Shown one piece after another: positions 1 to 9,469 of a DNA stretch of 64,000 nucleotides. Source of the DNA: a virus. Taxonomy: Duplodnaviria; Caudoviricetes. The notes under the pieces are model-generated. The model searched no databases and was not told the origin of the DNA. It was given only the letters and a program-made list of their open reading frames with translations. Numbering within the stretch: position 1 is the stretch's first letter; each line of letters starts with the position of its first letter. A program made the position numbers and the translations under genes. Location: IMG/VR virus record IMGVR_UViG_3300009604_004140, positions 1,158 to 65,157 of that record; one strand, 5' to 3'.

Positions 1-1
1 G

Positions 2-1780
2 GATTCCGGGTATTGCGATTGGACTCCTATTGTTGGGGCGGAATGCACTGGCGTTGACTGCACCGTTTTTGGGACGGGCTTGAAGATAATGTCCATTGAA
101 GGTGGAAACGCCGTAGTAGAGGCAGACCATTATATACATGATAGTGGATATTGTAACCACGTTCCGTCAGACCCTCTAGAAGGCGAAGGCAGATTCTTCA
201 ATAAGCTCATAGCAGGAACAGGCCTAAAGGTCATTGAAAGTGGTAGTTGTGCTTATAGAATTGATGCCGACCATTACATAACGGACAGCGGTCGCTGTGG
301 CCATACTGCCACCGTATCAAATAAGTTTTTTAATCGACTAGTCTTTAATTCCGGTTTGAATGTAATTGATCAAGGCGAGTGTGAGTTTATCATCGATGCC
401 GATCACCGTATAACAGACTTAGCCTATTGCGATGAGGTGCCTACTGTAACTAATCAATTCTTTAGTCATCTTCAGTTTGGGGCGGGGCTGTGGGTTAAGG
501 ATAACGGCAATTGTGATTACACTATCCATGCCGACCACTATATATATGATAGCGGATACTGCGATTACATACCGTCTGATCCTACGCAAGGCGAAGGCAG
601 ATTTTTTGATGCCCTCATATTTGGATCAGGGCTAAAGGTTATTGAGAGCGGTAATGGATTGTGCAATTATAGGATTGATGCAGACCATTATATTAGCTCT
701 ACTGGAACGACATGTGCTGAAACCGAAAGCATAAACAATAAGTTCTTTACCCACCTTAGTTTTACCTCCGGCATTGGCGTTAAGGCCGTTGAGGACACGG
801 TAGGGGATTGTAAGTATGAGGTTTGGGCATGTCCGGTACAGGTGCAGGACTCTGGGTATTGCGACTGGTCGCCTACTGTCGCTACCGCATGTTCCGACGT
901 AGAATGCATTGTCTTTGGGACAGGATTGAAGGCAACGTCCCTTGTTGGCGGGGATATTGTCGTAGGAGCAGACCATTACATCAGCGCTACTGGATCTACG
1001 GCACTTGGCGGCACTTCTGGAATTAACCCAACCGATGCAGGTATAGACCATAAGTTCTTTACCCATCTCAGCTTTACTGATCGCATGGGTGTTAAGGCCG
1101 TTGAGGACGCGGCAGGGGATTGTAAATACGAGGTCTGGTCACAGGGCGTAGAGGCCATGGATTTAAGCTGCTACGGTTCATCGGCCTACTGCAACAACAA
1201 TAACCTGATGGTGCTTACCCGTCCTTACCAGTCCCCATCCATGACGGGGCTAGTGGGAGGTCGGGGGCTTGGTTTGTATTATATCACTGGGGCCACCGCC
1301 GAGCAAGGTATGCATTATATAGAATCAACTCTCAGCGTAAGTTCTGGAAGCGTTCACACCGGCTGTGGGCAGGAGGCTAGCACCACTTATGTAACCTCGC
1401 TAGAATTCATTGACCTCGGGCGTGGCCTTGAGGGAATTCCCGGCCATAGCTGTGGTGCTGAATCTGACTGTGATATGACTATTAGGGTGAATCGTTATAT
1501 AACAGACAGTGGACGCTGCAACCCGATACCGGCTGCCACGGTGTCAAATAAGTTCTTCAATGAACTGATCTTTAACTCCGGATTGAGGGTCGCGCAGGAA
1601 GGTTCGGGTTGTAATTATGTCATCGATGCGGACCACTATATTAGCTCCACTGCATCTAATGCGATAGGCACCGAGACAGATATAGATAGAGAGTTCTTTA
1701 CCCATATCAGCTTTAGTGACACGATGGGGGTCAAGGATTTAGGGGATTGCAAATATGAGGTTTGGTCTCAGTGCTTGCAG
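2..1780 (+). repeat. Intragenic ~45-55-codon degenerate repeat modules
   Basis: DNA-level repeats visible, e.g. gaaggcgaaggcagatt-type segments at ~179-197 and ~587-605, and ataagttctttaccca...gttaaggccgttgaggac at ~738-797 and ~1050-1108. Confidence 0.8.
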
Positions 1781-2260
1781 GGTGTCGATATAAGCTGTAC
1801 GACCGCACAGTCCGATTACTGCGGAAACCTTAACCTTGGGGGTGACTTAGGCGAAGTATTATGCATGACGGGCCTAGTGGCAGGTCCCGGACTTGATTTA
1901 TATAAAATCACCGGAGACGTGGACTATCAAGGGATGCATTATATAGAAACAAACCTTAGGATAAGTTCTGGATGCAGCACCACGGGCTACATACGGGGCC
2001 TAGAAACTATTACTCTTGGATGTGGCCTTAGCGGAACACCGGAGGATACATGCACTGACAGTATGACAGGTGAGAAGATTGGTTCTTGTGAGATGACCCT
2101 TAACCTTAACCCTCTTGCGTGTCCCGGAACGGTTACATCCGTTAGGTATGTAGATGATATTTGTTGTACCGGAGGAGGAATAGAGATAATTTATAAACAT
2201 TTAAGGTTTAGTTCATGTGGATTATTTACGGGTGTTACAGGAACAGACTCCTGTAGTTAG
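2..2260 (+). CDS. 5'-truncated Cys/Gly-rich repeat protein, probable virion structural/fibre protein
   Basis: Frame is open from position 2 (DSGYCDWTPIVGAECTGVDCTVFGTGLK...), so the gene begins upstream of the window. Many copies of the [I/V]xADHYI..S/D and FF..L.F..G[L/M].V motifs. Structural role is inference. Confidence 0.6.
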   Translation, partial: DSGYCDWTPIVGAECTGVDCTVFGTGLKIMSIEGGNAVVEADHYIHDSGYCNHVPSDPLEGEGRFFNKLIAGTGLKVIESGSCAYRIDADHYITDSGRCGHTATVSNKFFNRLVFNSGLNVIDQGECEFIIDADHRITDLAYCDEVPTVTNQFFSHLQFGAGLWVKDNGNCDYTIHADHYIYDSGYCDYIPSDPTQGEGRFFDALIFGSGLKVIESGNGLCNYRIDADHYISSTGTTCAETESINNKFFTHLSFTSGIGVKAVEDTVGDCKYEVWACPVQVQDSGYCDWSPTVATACSDVECIVFGTGLKATSLVGGDIVVGADHYISATGSTALGGTSGINPTDAGIDHKFFTHLSFTDRMGVKAVEDAAGDCKYEVWSQGVEAMDLSCYGSSAYCNNNNLMVLTRPYQSPSMTGLVGGRGLGLYYITGATAEQGMHYIESTLSVSSGSVHTGCGQEASTTYVTSLEFIDLGRGLEGIPGHSCGAESDCDMTIRVNRYITDSGRCNPIPAATVSNKFFNELIFNSGLRVAQEGSGCNYVIDADHYISSTASNAIGTETDIDREFFTHISFSDTMGVKDLGDCKYEVWSQCLQGVDISCTTAQSDYCGNLNLGGDLGEVLCMTGLVAGPGLDLYKITGDVDYQGMHYIETNLRISSGCSTTGYIRGLETITLGCGLSGTPEDTCTDSMTGEKIGSCEMTLNLNPLACPGTVTSVRYVDDICCTGGGIEIIYKHLRFSSCGLFTGVTGTDSCS

Positions 2261-2271
2261 TAGGGATAATA

Positions 2272-3141
2272 ATGACAACAAAAGATATTCCCATGGGGGT
2301 GGTAACAAATAATGAATGTTGCATATGTTGCGATAAGTGCTGGGACAACAAGCCTCTAGACGCAAATAGCGGTTGCCCAAGAAGCTGCTGTACGTGCCCT
2401 CCCCTTAACGATCTTTGCATGACTCTTCATTGTGATCAGTGCCCTACCGTTGATGGAATGGAGCTTACCCTCTCAAAGAGCGTGGGGGTTGCTCTTTGTA
2501 GCGGAGAAAACCCAACAACGCGGGATGGTCAAATTAAATGCTATGAATATAATCCGATATCCACCTTACAAAGCGGAATACAAGGGTACTATAATGAATA
2601 TGAAAAATGGGGCTATACGGGAATTATTTGTAATGGATTGACTGTGGCGGGGTGCGGCACAGCAACGGCGGGGGAAAAACTAAAGGTCTCTTTATGCTGT
2701 TGCAATGAGCCTGACGAACACATCAACGCCACTATTCTCACTCCAGCCGACTGCCATACGTGTAGCTATCGTTTAACTTTTGAGTGGGAGCGCCATGTAG
2801 ACAATTCATCATCAGATACGGACGATTTCTGTTCGTGCCCTGAGCCGGATGCTTATGGTGCAACAGAACAGATAATTCCTACTTGTGAGACGGCGGGGCC
2901 TCCTATTGACTGTGCCATAACATATTTGGACCTTACGTTCGAAAGCGGGACATGCCCCACCGGCAATCCAAGTCCCGGCTCTCCCTTTTTTCTTCATTAT
3001 GAGCTGAGAACAAATGGTTCAGACAGAAGGGGTTGGTGGAATTGCGACTGTTGCCAAAATGGGGTCGGAGCTTCCGATAATGACGTATTGCTTGAGGTTA
3101 GTATTGTTGAAGGTGGCGGAACTGACGGGGCTTGCTCTTAA
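2272..3141 (+). CDS. Cys-rich hypothetical protein, possibly virion-associated
   Basis: 289-aa ORF with CCxCC, CCxC, CCC and CxCC clusters; directly follows the repeat protein. Confidence 0.6.
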   Translation: MTTKDIPMGVVTNNECCICCDKCWDNKPLDANSGCPRSCCTCPPLNDLCMTLHCDQCPTVDGMELTLSKSVGVALCSGENPTTRDGQIKCYEYNPISTLQSGIQGYYNEYEKWGYTGIICNGLTVAGCGTATAGEKLKVSLCCCNEPDEHINATILTPADCHTCSYRLTFEWERHVDNSSSDTDDFCSCPEPDAYGATEQIIPTCETAGPPIDCAITYLDLTFESGTCPTGNPSPGSPFFLHYELRTNGSDRRGWWNCDCCQNGVGASDNDVLLEVSIVEGGGTDGACS

Positions 3142-4523
3142 TGCGCGACTTTATAAAGACAGATGAGTTAATTCGTTTGTGTTGCGACGACTTGATTCCT
3201 CAAATTTCTGGCCATAACATTAGCGGAGTGATCGGAATCCCACGTTCGGGCATTATGTTAGCTTCCGTGATATCTAATCTTCTCCATATTCCTCTTTATT
3301 CTGTTGCAGAAAGTGGCCTTATTCTTCTTTCAGGAATGTCCAAGTGGGGAGGGGGGAGAATGGTTGATTTTAAAGAAAGAGAAGGAAAGTTTCTCGTCAT
3401 AGATGATACTGTGTGGCATGGCGCTGAAATGAAACGCATAAAGGGAATATTAAAGAAGAAGCATCCCGAAAAAAGTTTTATTTTTTCTGCAATTTATGTG
3501 CCCGAAGATGAAATGAGGCATGTTGATTTTTATTCCAAGGCTTTTGAGAGATCCGAAGTTCCCTATCTCGAATGGAACTTTATGAGCAATGTCAATATAC
3601 AAGAAACAATTTTGGATCTTGACGGGCTTATATGTAACGACGCCCCCCTTCCCATTTTAAAAAATCACCATGAATACACTGAATTTATTAATAAAGACGT
3701 TCCCACTAGCTACGTTCCGCGCAGGCTTCCATGTCATTGTATCCTTACAGGAAGATCTGAAAAATATCGAGAGGTTACCGAAAGGTGGCTCTTAAAGAAC
3801 AGGGTACTCTATAAAGAGCTACACATGCATCCTAGGACGACAGGAGAAATATTGAGTTTATCTGAGTTATGTGAATATAAATCTAACTTTTTTTCTTCTT
3901 CCGACGCTAAATTACTTGTAGAAAGCCACTGCGGAATAGCCGAGTGCGTTAATGGAAAAACAGGAAAGCCCACTCTGTGTTTGCCCGAAGGAAAAATATT
4001 TGATATAAAGTATAGTAAAAAAAAATGCCATGAAGAAGAGCCCGTAGCTATGAATAGAGAAGAACACCCCAACCGAGAACATTTTTTAGAAAATGGGTTG
4101 CCAGAATGTCAATGTGAATCTGCTGGCTATTGCCCTATTTTCAAAAAAACTTTTGGCCCAACCCTTCATTCTATGTGTCAAAACAATCAGGCCTTTCGCA
4201 ACAGCTATTTGGGAATGGTTAAAGACAGAGAAGCGGACCCTATTCGCCAAGAAAGACTAAAAGAAATAGAAGAACGAAACTCTCAGGCCGTGGCATTTGA
4301 TAGAGCTATTGAGGAATTAAAAGATGAAGGAATTTCTCTAAAGGAAGTTAGGGAATCCTCATCTGAGGGGCTTGGGGATACGATAGAAAAGGTTTTATCT
4401 AGGTTCGGGATAACAAAAAAACTGATGGAGAATGTCGCCGGAATAGGAGGGTGTAGGTGCGACGAAAGAAAGAAATGGCTTAATAGAATATTCCCCTATG
4501 GCAAAAAGAAAAAGGGGAAGTAG
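3141..4523 (+). CDS. Phosphoribosyltransferase-like + HAD-like + C-terminal GLGDT/CxCDER domain fusion
   Basis: GIPRSG and LVIDDTVWHG (type I PRTase PRPP loop); ILDLDGLI and ILTGRS (HAD motifs I/II). ATG 3141 overlaps the upstream TAA (TAATG). Confidence 0.7.
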   Translation: MRDFIKTDELIRLCCDDLIPQISGHNISGVIGIPRSGIMLASVISNLLHIPLYSVAESGLILLSGMSKWGGGRMVDFKEREGKFLVIDDTVWHGAEMKRIKGILKKKHPEKSFIFSAIYVPEDEMRHVDFYSKAFERSEVPYLEWNFMSNVNIQETILDLDGLICNDAPLPILKNHHEYTEFINKDVPTSYVPRRLPCHCILTGRSEKYREVTERWLLKNRVLYKELHMHPRTTGEILSLSELCEYKSNFFSSSDAKLLVESHCGIAECVNGKTGKPTLCLPEGKIFDIKYSKKKCHEEEPVAMNREEHPNREHFLENGLPECQCESAGYCPIFKKTFGPTLHSMCQNNQAFRNSYLGMVKDREADPIRQERLKEIEERNSQAVAFDRAIEELKDEGISLKEVRESSSEGLGDTIEKVLSRFGITKKLMENVAGIGGCRCDERKKWLNRIFPYGKKKKGK

Positions 4524-4525
4524 AC

Positions 4526-4690
4526 ATGGGCAGCAAAGGATTTGGTGATACAATAAAAAAAATCCTCAGCAAGATAGGCCTTACCGAGGAAAGATTTAAA
4601 CAACTTTTTGGTAAAGAGGATTGTGGCTGCGACGAAAGAAAGGGCTTTTTAAACAGAATCTTTCCATATAAGAGGAAGAAAAAGAAGTAA
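4526..4690 (+). CDS. 54-aa small protein, paralog of the C-terminal domain of the upstream gene (not in ORF track)
   Basis: MGSKGFGDTIKKILSKIGLTEERFKQLFGKEDCGCDERKGFLNRIFPYKRKKKK aligns by eye with EGLGDTIEKVLSRFGIT...GCRCDERKKWLNRIFPYGKKKK. Confidence 0.8.
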   Translation: MGSKGFGDTIKKILSKIGLTEERFKQLFGKEDCGCDERKGFLNRIFPYKRKKKK

Positions 4691-4691
4691 T

Positions 4692-5150
4692 CTATCCAAC
4701 AAAGCTATCCCAATAGCTCTGTTCTTCCTCTGTGTAGTGATTGCCATACTTGTCTCTTCCCTTTAAGTCTGCCACTTCCTTCCACACGCCTTCCCAGCCC
4801 TCTTCGTTGTTTCCTCTCACTCTGGCAGCCTTGTCATCAATATAGAGAATTCCCGCTGGCTTTCCCATGTATGCGTGAGTGTACTTTACTCCATACTTTT
4901 CAAGCCACTCCAGCCACTCCTTATATCCTCGTTCGTATTGCAAGTGAATGTTCCCATTGGCACGGTCACCATAGCGAGCGGTATACAAAACTATATCATA
5001 GCCCATCTCATAAAGCTTATTAACCTGATCTATGCCGTATTGCAAGGGCGTTGCCTTGGAGTATTCTCCGTTCACCCCGGTTTTGTCTGCTATAACTCCG
5101 TCGCAATCCACTATTAATGTTTTGGATGAGTCTCCCATAGTTTTCTCCAT
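4692..5150 (-). CDS. HAD-superfamily phosphatase (capsule-biosynthesis phosphatase-like)
   Basis: IVDCDGVI, VLYTAR, GKP and YIDDK motifs. Confidence 0.8.
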   Translation of the reverse strand: MEKTMGDSSKTLIVDCDGVIADKTGVNGEYSKATPLQYGIDQVNKLYEMGYDIVLYTARYGDRANGNIHLQYERGYKEWLEWLEKYGVKYTHAYMGKPAGILYIDDKAARVRGNNEEGWEGVWKEVADLKGRDKYGNHYTEEEQSYWDSFVG

Positions 5151-5152
5151 AA

Positions 5153-5548
5153 TTAAGAGTCTTTTGAAACAGCGCTAGGCTTGTAAATAAACCATCCGCC
5201 CGATGGCAAGTATCCTCTATTTTTGTCAGCGTGGGTTTTTTCGTTTATTCTCTGTTCTTTCTGCTTCTCAGAAAGCTGATCCCATCTGATTTTTGGATAG
5301 ATTTGACCACCCTTTTTTGTTCTCCCAAAAACAACCTTGGCTCGACACTCTTGACACACTACCTCAATCCAGTCATTCTCTGAGCTATCAAATCTACAAA
5401 CAAACTTTACGTTTGGCGAACCACATTGTCCACAAGATTCATGCTGAAATACTTCCTGTATCCTTGCGGTTTGCTTAAAAAGATCTTCTTCTGTTTCTGC
5501 GTCTACCTCAAACCATAAATCGTTTGATGCTTTAATTCTAGCTTTCAT
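5153..5548 (-). CDS. Hypothetical Zn-ribbon protein
   Basis: CGQC...CQEC; likely start MKARIK at 5548 after GGAGG. Confidence 0.6.
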   Translation of the reverse strand: MKARIKASNDLWFEVDAETEEDLFKQTARIQEVFQHESCGQCGSPNVKFVCRFDSSENDWIEVVCQECRAKVVFGRTKKGGQIYPKIRWDQLSEKQKEQRINEKTHADKNRGYLPSGGWFIYKPSAVSKDS

Positions 5549-6311
5549 TTTCGCCTCCAGAGTCAAAGGATTTGCGCCAGTTGGAATCATAGCCGATCAG
5601 TTCGTCTTTAATGGATTCTGGCTTGCGCTGATATTCAGATAGTGACGAAAGAAGCATTCTTCCCTGTAGATTGCTTACGGATTTTATAGAGTTCACCCCA
5701 GAACAAACCTCTTTCACAAAACTAACCAAGTCAACATTCAGCCTTTTGCACATTTGATTAATGGCAAGTATCTGCTGATCCGTAATGTCTTCCTCGGACG
5801 CCATAACGTCATCTTCTGCCGAATTGTTCATCTCTTCGGCAGTTATAACTCTCAGCTTTAACGCCCTGCGTAACGCCTTGCCTTCGGCTCGGGTATCGGC
5901 AGTTGCCACCAAGTGATCATTAAACGGAAACGGCACCTTGTCATATCTAACATCGACACATCCGTCTACAGTGACTATAGCGTCAGTTTCATACTTCCGT
6001 ATCTTTATAGTATGCTTCATTGTACATCTGCGTCCAGCGGCAGAGGGTAGCTCCAAAACGTCGCTGCGTGACTCAAGAATCTCACCGTAAATTTTTTCGG
6101 TTACACGCCTAAGGCCATCTACAGTAGGATTACCTTCCCTAAGCTCTGTGTCGTGAAGGTTGTCTAGAACGTATTCGCTCCATTCTGGATCGGCGTCAGT
6201 GTATACTTTACGCTCTTCGTTGCTATCGTCTTCTTTAAATCCCTCATCCTCGTTAATAACAGAAACCATATCTTCAAACTCATTAAGGGCTTTGTCTGCT
6301 TTAGTATTCAT
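5538..6311 (-). CDS. Putative Rad52/Sak-like single-strand annealing protein
   Basis: VDGLRR and ATADTRAEGKALRRAL resemble the A.TRA..RALR motif of Rad52-superfamily annealases. Confidence 0.5.
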   Translation of the reverse strand: MNTKADKALNEFEDMVSVINEDEGFKEDDSNEERKVYTDADPEWSEYVLDNLHDTELREGNPTVDGLRRVTEKIYGEILESRSDVLELPSAAGRRCTMKHTIKIRKYETDAIVTVDGCVDVRYDKVPFPFNDHLVATADTRAEGKALRRALKLRVITAEEMNNSAEDDVMASEEDITDQQILAINQMCKRLNVDLVSFVKEVCSGVNSIKSVSNLQGRMLLSSLSEYQRKPESIKDELIGYDSNWRKSFDSGGENES

Positions 6312-7114
6312 AGTTCTATGTACCTTTTATTTTCCTTTGGAAATTCCTTACCAATCTGATCCAAAATATTAAGTAAATCCTCTAAAATTTTTCTTAAATA
6401 CCTCTGGGAAATCCTTTTTGTTTGTCGTATTCTAATCAAAACGAGACCCTGTCCCAAGATAAGACCCGTCTTCTCTAAATCGGTTTGTTGGTTCTTCGTT
6501 AGATTTTTTTCTCCCCACACCGGAGAAAAGTGAGATGGGCCATCAACCTCTATGGCGGTTCGTAAGTCCTCTACGAAAAGATCTGTTTCTAACCTCTGAT
6601 TTTTTAGCCAATGTTCCTTATGGAATTGTACCCTATAGTTTCTTGCTGTTAGTTCTTCAAGCAGAAATCTTTCCAGCTTTGATCCGGTTCTAGCGGCTTC
6701 CCTGATGGCGTCACTTCCTTTTCTAATTACTTCTTGCTTTTCTTTTTCTGTCTTTTTATTCCAAGATTCCTTCCCTGCCTCAGATCTTTTGGCTCTCTCT
6801 TCTTCACTAAGACTGTCCCATATTAATCCCTGACTTTCGCTAATTTTTAGTTTAGTGTTCTCATTAAGCTTCTTTCCCTTTGTGGGATGAAGGGACCTTC
6901 CTTTTTTGAGGGCCTCTTTTTGCGCCCCGCTTTTACTTCTGGATAGGATACCAAGCTTTTTTGCTTCCCTCCTAACCTTATTGGGATATGTATTTAGCAT
7001 TTCAGCTATTTGAATCCAACTTAGCTTTTTATTACAATAAGCCTCTTTCAAAAGAGATCGTTTTTCATTTTCTTGAAGGCTCCAATAGTCTGAGAATTTA
7101 TTTTTAATGTTCAT
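6308..7114 (-). CDS. Putative free-standing homing endonuclease (HTH + NUMOD3-like + DUF559/Vsr-like PD-(D/E)xK)
   Basis: KGKKLNENTKLKISES basic motif; SKLERFL...TDLFV...AIEVDGPSH nuclease motif. Confidence 0.65.
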   Translation of the reverse strand: MNIKNKFSDYWSLQENEKRSLLKEAYCNKKLSWIQIAEMLNTYPNKVRREAKKLGILSRSKSGAQKEALKKGRSLHPTKGKKLNENTKLKISESQGLIWDSLSEEERAKRSEAGKESWNKKTEKEKQEVIRKGSDAIREAARTGSKLERFLLEELTARNYRVQFHKEHWLKNQRLETDLFVEDLRTAIEVDGPSHFSPVWGEKNLTKNQQTDLEKTGLILGQGLVLIRIRQTKRISQRYLRKILEDLLNILDQIGKEFPKENKRYIEL

Positions 7115-7532
7115 TTAAAAGCTCCCTAAAATCCCAGTCTTCAATAATTCTGGTCGGCTTTTTGAATAAATTAGAAATGATTTCGTAGTCTTTAGAATTG
7201 GAAACAAGCAAATCCATGTCGTCGTTTAAGTATATCCTTTTAAGGCTATCATACATTAAGTCAGATGCCTGTGTCCATTCCATAGAAGTTATGTAAAAAA
7301 ACTTTCTTTTGGGTGCCGCCAGAACACGGGAAAATTCCGCAGTTCTAATGTCAGTGGCTATTAGGGTTCCTCCAAAACTGTAGGCTCGCAACGGTTGCAG
7401 TTGGGGGATTTGTTTAGTATCTTCCGGGAGTACCCGAGAACTAAAAACGCAATAGTCGATATTGGCATCGCCCAAGGCAGATATTTTTTCTATTTGTTCT
7501 TTTGAAGGATTGGAAAGTAATATACCTAGCAT
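7104..7532 (-). CDS. Hypothetical protein in glycosyltransferase block
   Basis: 142-aa ORF overlapping both neighbours. Confidence 0.55.
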   Translation of the reverse strand: MLGILLSNPSKEQIEKISALGDANIDYCVFSSRVLPEDTKQIPQLQPLRAYSFGGTLIATDIRTAEFSRVLAAPKRKFFYITSMEWTQASDLMYDSLKRIYLNDDMDLLVSNSKDYEIISNLFKKPTRIIEDWDFRELLNEH

Positions 7533-8356
7533 TAAATCTCTCTTTTCTTTTCTGTAAGTTGATTCCTCTGTTCCACCAGACCAAAGAATGACAATATTTC
7601 ATTTGTTAGCTCAAAATATGTTCTGTTTTTCATCAACAACTTTATTTCATCAGAATGGTTTTCTCCCGATTCTAAAGCTTCGTCTACAGCTACCTGAAGT
7701 TCTTTAATGTTATTAAAATTTCTGAAACAGGATTTTGATATGCTAACACACTGTTTGCCTAGCCATGCCGCATCATACCAAGAATCTCCATCTAAATCAA
7801 TATATACTATGGTTGATGCTAGCGCTTGAGACTGTGTGGTTCCGTCTATTTGTCCGAGGTAATGAGGGAAATTTACTTTTTGCTTTCCGAAGATTTTTAT
7901 GTTATAGTTGTCACAAAGAAAACCTAAAATTGAATTGGCTCTATCTTGATCGCTAATATAGTCTGTTATACAAAGAAGGTCTGTTTGTAGATGGTCCTGT
8001 CTCACGGGAAGCCCAACACTTCCAATCATGGCCCCTCCTTCAAACTGTATGGACGGCACGTCGGGGACTCCCCGCATAGAAATACTTAGGTGCGGCTTTG
8101 TTTTAAATTCAACTTCTGAGTCTCCAAGGGAAATCACTTTTGTATGGGGGTATCTAGAGGTTGCTATTTCCATTTCTGGTGTTGCAAGCTTTGCAGATTC
8201 TGCTATTACAATATCTGGCTTTGTTTCATCAAACATATCCATCGTTGGCTTTGTATCGGAAAGCCACATAACCACTTCCATGTCTGAAATCCAAAAAAGA
8301 GAAGAGGCTATTCCTTCTCCGTCTCTATTGCAGGCAACATCAATTAATACTTTCAT
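7532..8356 (-). CDS. Hypothetical protein, possible degenerate GT-B fold
   Basis: FDETKPDIVI and NIKIFG segments; operon context. Confidence 0.5.
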   Translation of the reverse strand: MKVLIDVACNRDGEGIASSLFWISDMEVVMWLSDTKPTMDMFDETKPDIVIAESAKLATPEMEIATSRYPHTKVISLGDSEVEFKTKPHLSISMRGVPDVPSIQFEGGAMIGSVGLPVRQDHLQTDLLCITDYISDQDRANSILGFLCDNYNIKIFGKQKVNFPHYLGQIDGTTQSQALASTIVYIDLDGDSWYDAAWLGKQCVSISKSCFRNFNNIKELQVAVDEALESGENHSDEIKLLMKNRTYFELTNEILSFFGLVEQRNQLTEKKREI

Positions 8357-9072
8357 ATTATCTCCCTAGCCTTCTGTATGTCCTTAGACGTATCAACGTC
8401 AACAATTTTAATATCTTCGATATAATCGCACCTAAACTGTCCTCCTTTTTCAATTACCTGATTGATAATTTCAAAACCAAATAGCTTATTATTGTTTCTA
8501 TTCCAGACAACTTCCTTTAGATAAGAAAGTTCTTTTCCTTGGAAGTAAGATATTTGCGCCCATTTATGGGGTAGATCATACATCATATGCTCAAGATTTC
8601 CTTTATCGTTAATGACACACCCCACTTCCTCCTCTCCGATGAATTTCCCTAGGGCAAAAATGGCGGAGGTATTGTAGTCTAAGACTTCTAACGCTCGCTG
8701 GTCGAAAACAAGGTCTCCATAGATTATTAGTACTCTTTCGACGGCGCTGATGACCCTCAGTGCAATACCAATACTTCTAGCTACATTGGTATCCTCATAA
8801 AATTCGTTTTCCACTTTGACAAGGCTTGAAGGGGCAGCGTTCATTAGTTTATCGGCCTCGAAGCCGCATACCAGAACAACCTTATGGTTAACAAAAGAGT
8901 CTTGTATGTTTTTAATTTGATTTTGTAATATGGTTATATTTCCTGTGATTTTTATAAGTGGCTTTGGTCCGCGAGACTTCATACGCTTTCCAAGGCCTGC
9001 TGCCGGAATAATAATTCCTATCTCCTCTTCTTTGCCGAAGAAGTTTGTTGCTTTAATGTTACGAACCGTCAT
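8353..9072 (-). CDS. Sugar/choline-phosphate nucleotidyltransferase (NTP_transf)
   Basis: IIPAAGLGKRMKSRGPKPL, IYGDL and DVDTSKD motifs. Confidence 0.85.
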   Translation of the reverse strand: MTVRNIKATNFFGKEEEIGIIIPAAGLGKRMKSRGPKPLIKITGNITILQNQIKNIQDSFVNHKVVLVCGFEADKLMNAAPSSLVKVENEFYEDTNVARSIGIALRVISAVERVLIIYGDLVFDQRALEVLDYNTSAIFALGKFIGEEEVGCVINDKGNLEHMMYDLPHKWAQISYFQGKELSYLKEVVWNRNNNKLFGFEIINQVIEKGGQFRCDYIEDIKIVDVDTSKDIQKAREII

Positions 9073-9469
9073 AAATAAATATTTCTTCCGAGGCTTGCCT
9101 AGCCTCTAAACCGTGTTCTTTTATAAGCGACAACATGTCTGATAAATTCTGTATGGGCTTTATTATATTTAATATTCTTTTGTTAATAAAATAGGGACAT
9201 TCTTGTTTAAGAGAAGAAGGAAACATTATAAGGGCTATAGCTTCAGGACTTTCATTAAATGCGTTTACAATTCTCTCTATCGTTTTTTCATCTTTAAAGT
9301 CAAATCCCTTTGGTAAAACGCCGAACAAATCAAACCTATCATCATTTAATACTTCCGTTACCTTATTAGAATCATTATATAGATTAAAAAAAGTAATTAA
9401 ATGCTCATAGTCTTGCTGTGGAATTTTAAGAGAATTAATTACAATTCCTACATTTTTAAGCTCGGACAT
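9059..9469 (-). CDS. Hypothetical protein
   Basis: ORF overlapping neighbours in the operon. Confidence 0.5.
   Translation of the reverse strand: MSELKNVGIVINSLKIPQQDYEHLITFFNLYNDSNKVTEVLNDDRFDLFGVLPKGFDFKDEKTIERIVNAFNESPEAIALIMFPSSLKQECPYFINKRILNIIKPIQNLSDMLSLIKEHGLEARQASEEIFIYDGS

Noticed and set aside
122-1780. CRISPR array or DGR template/variable repeats
   Set aside because: The repeats are in-frame coding modules with largely synonymous divergence rather than adenine-specific changes, and there is no reverse transcriptase in the window.
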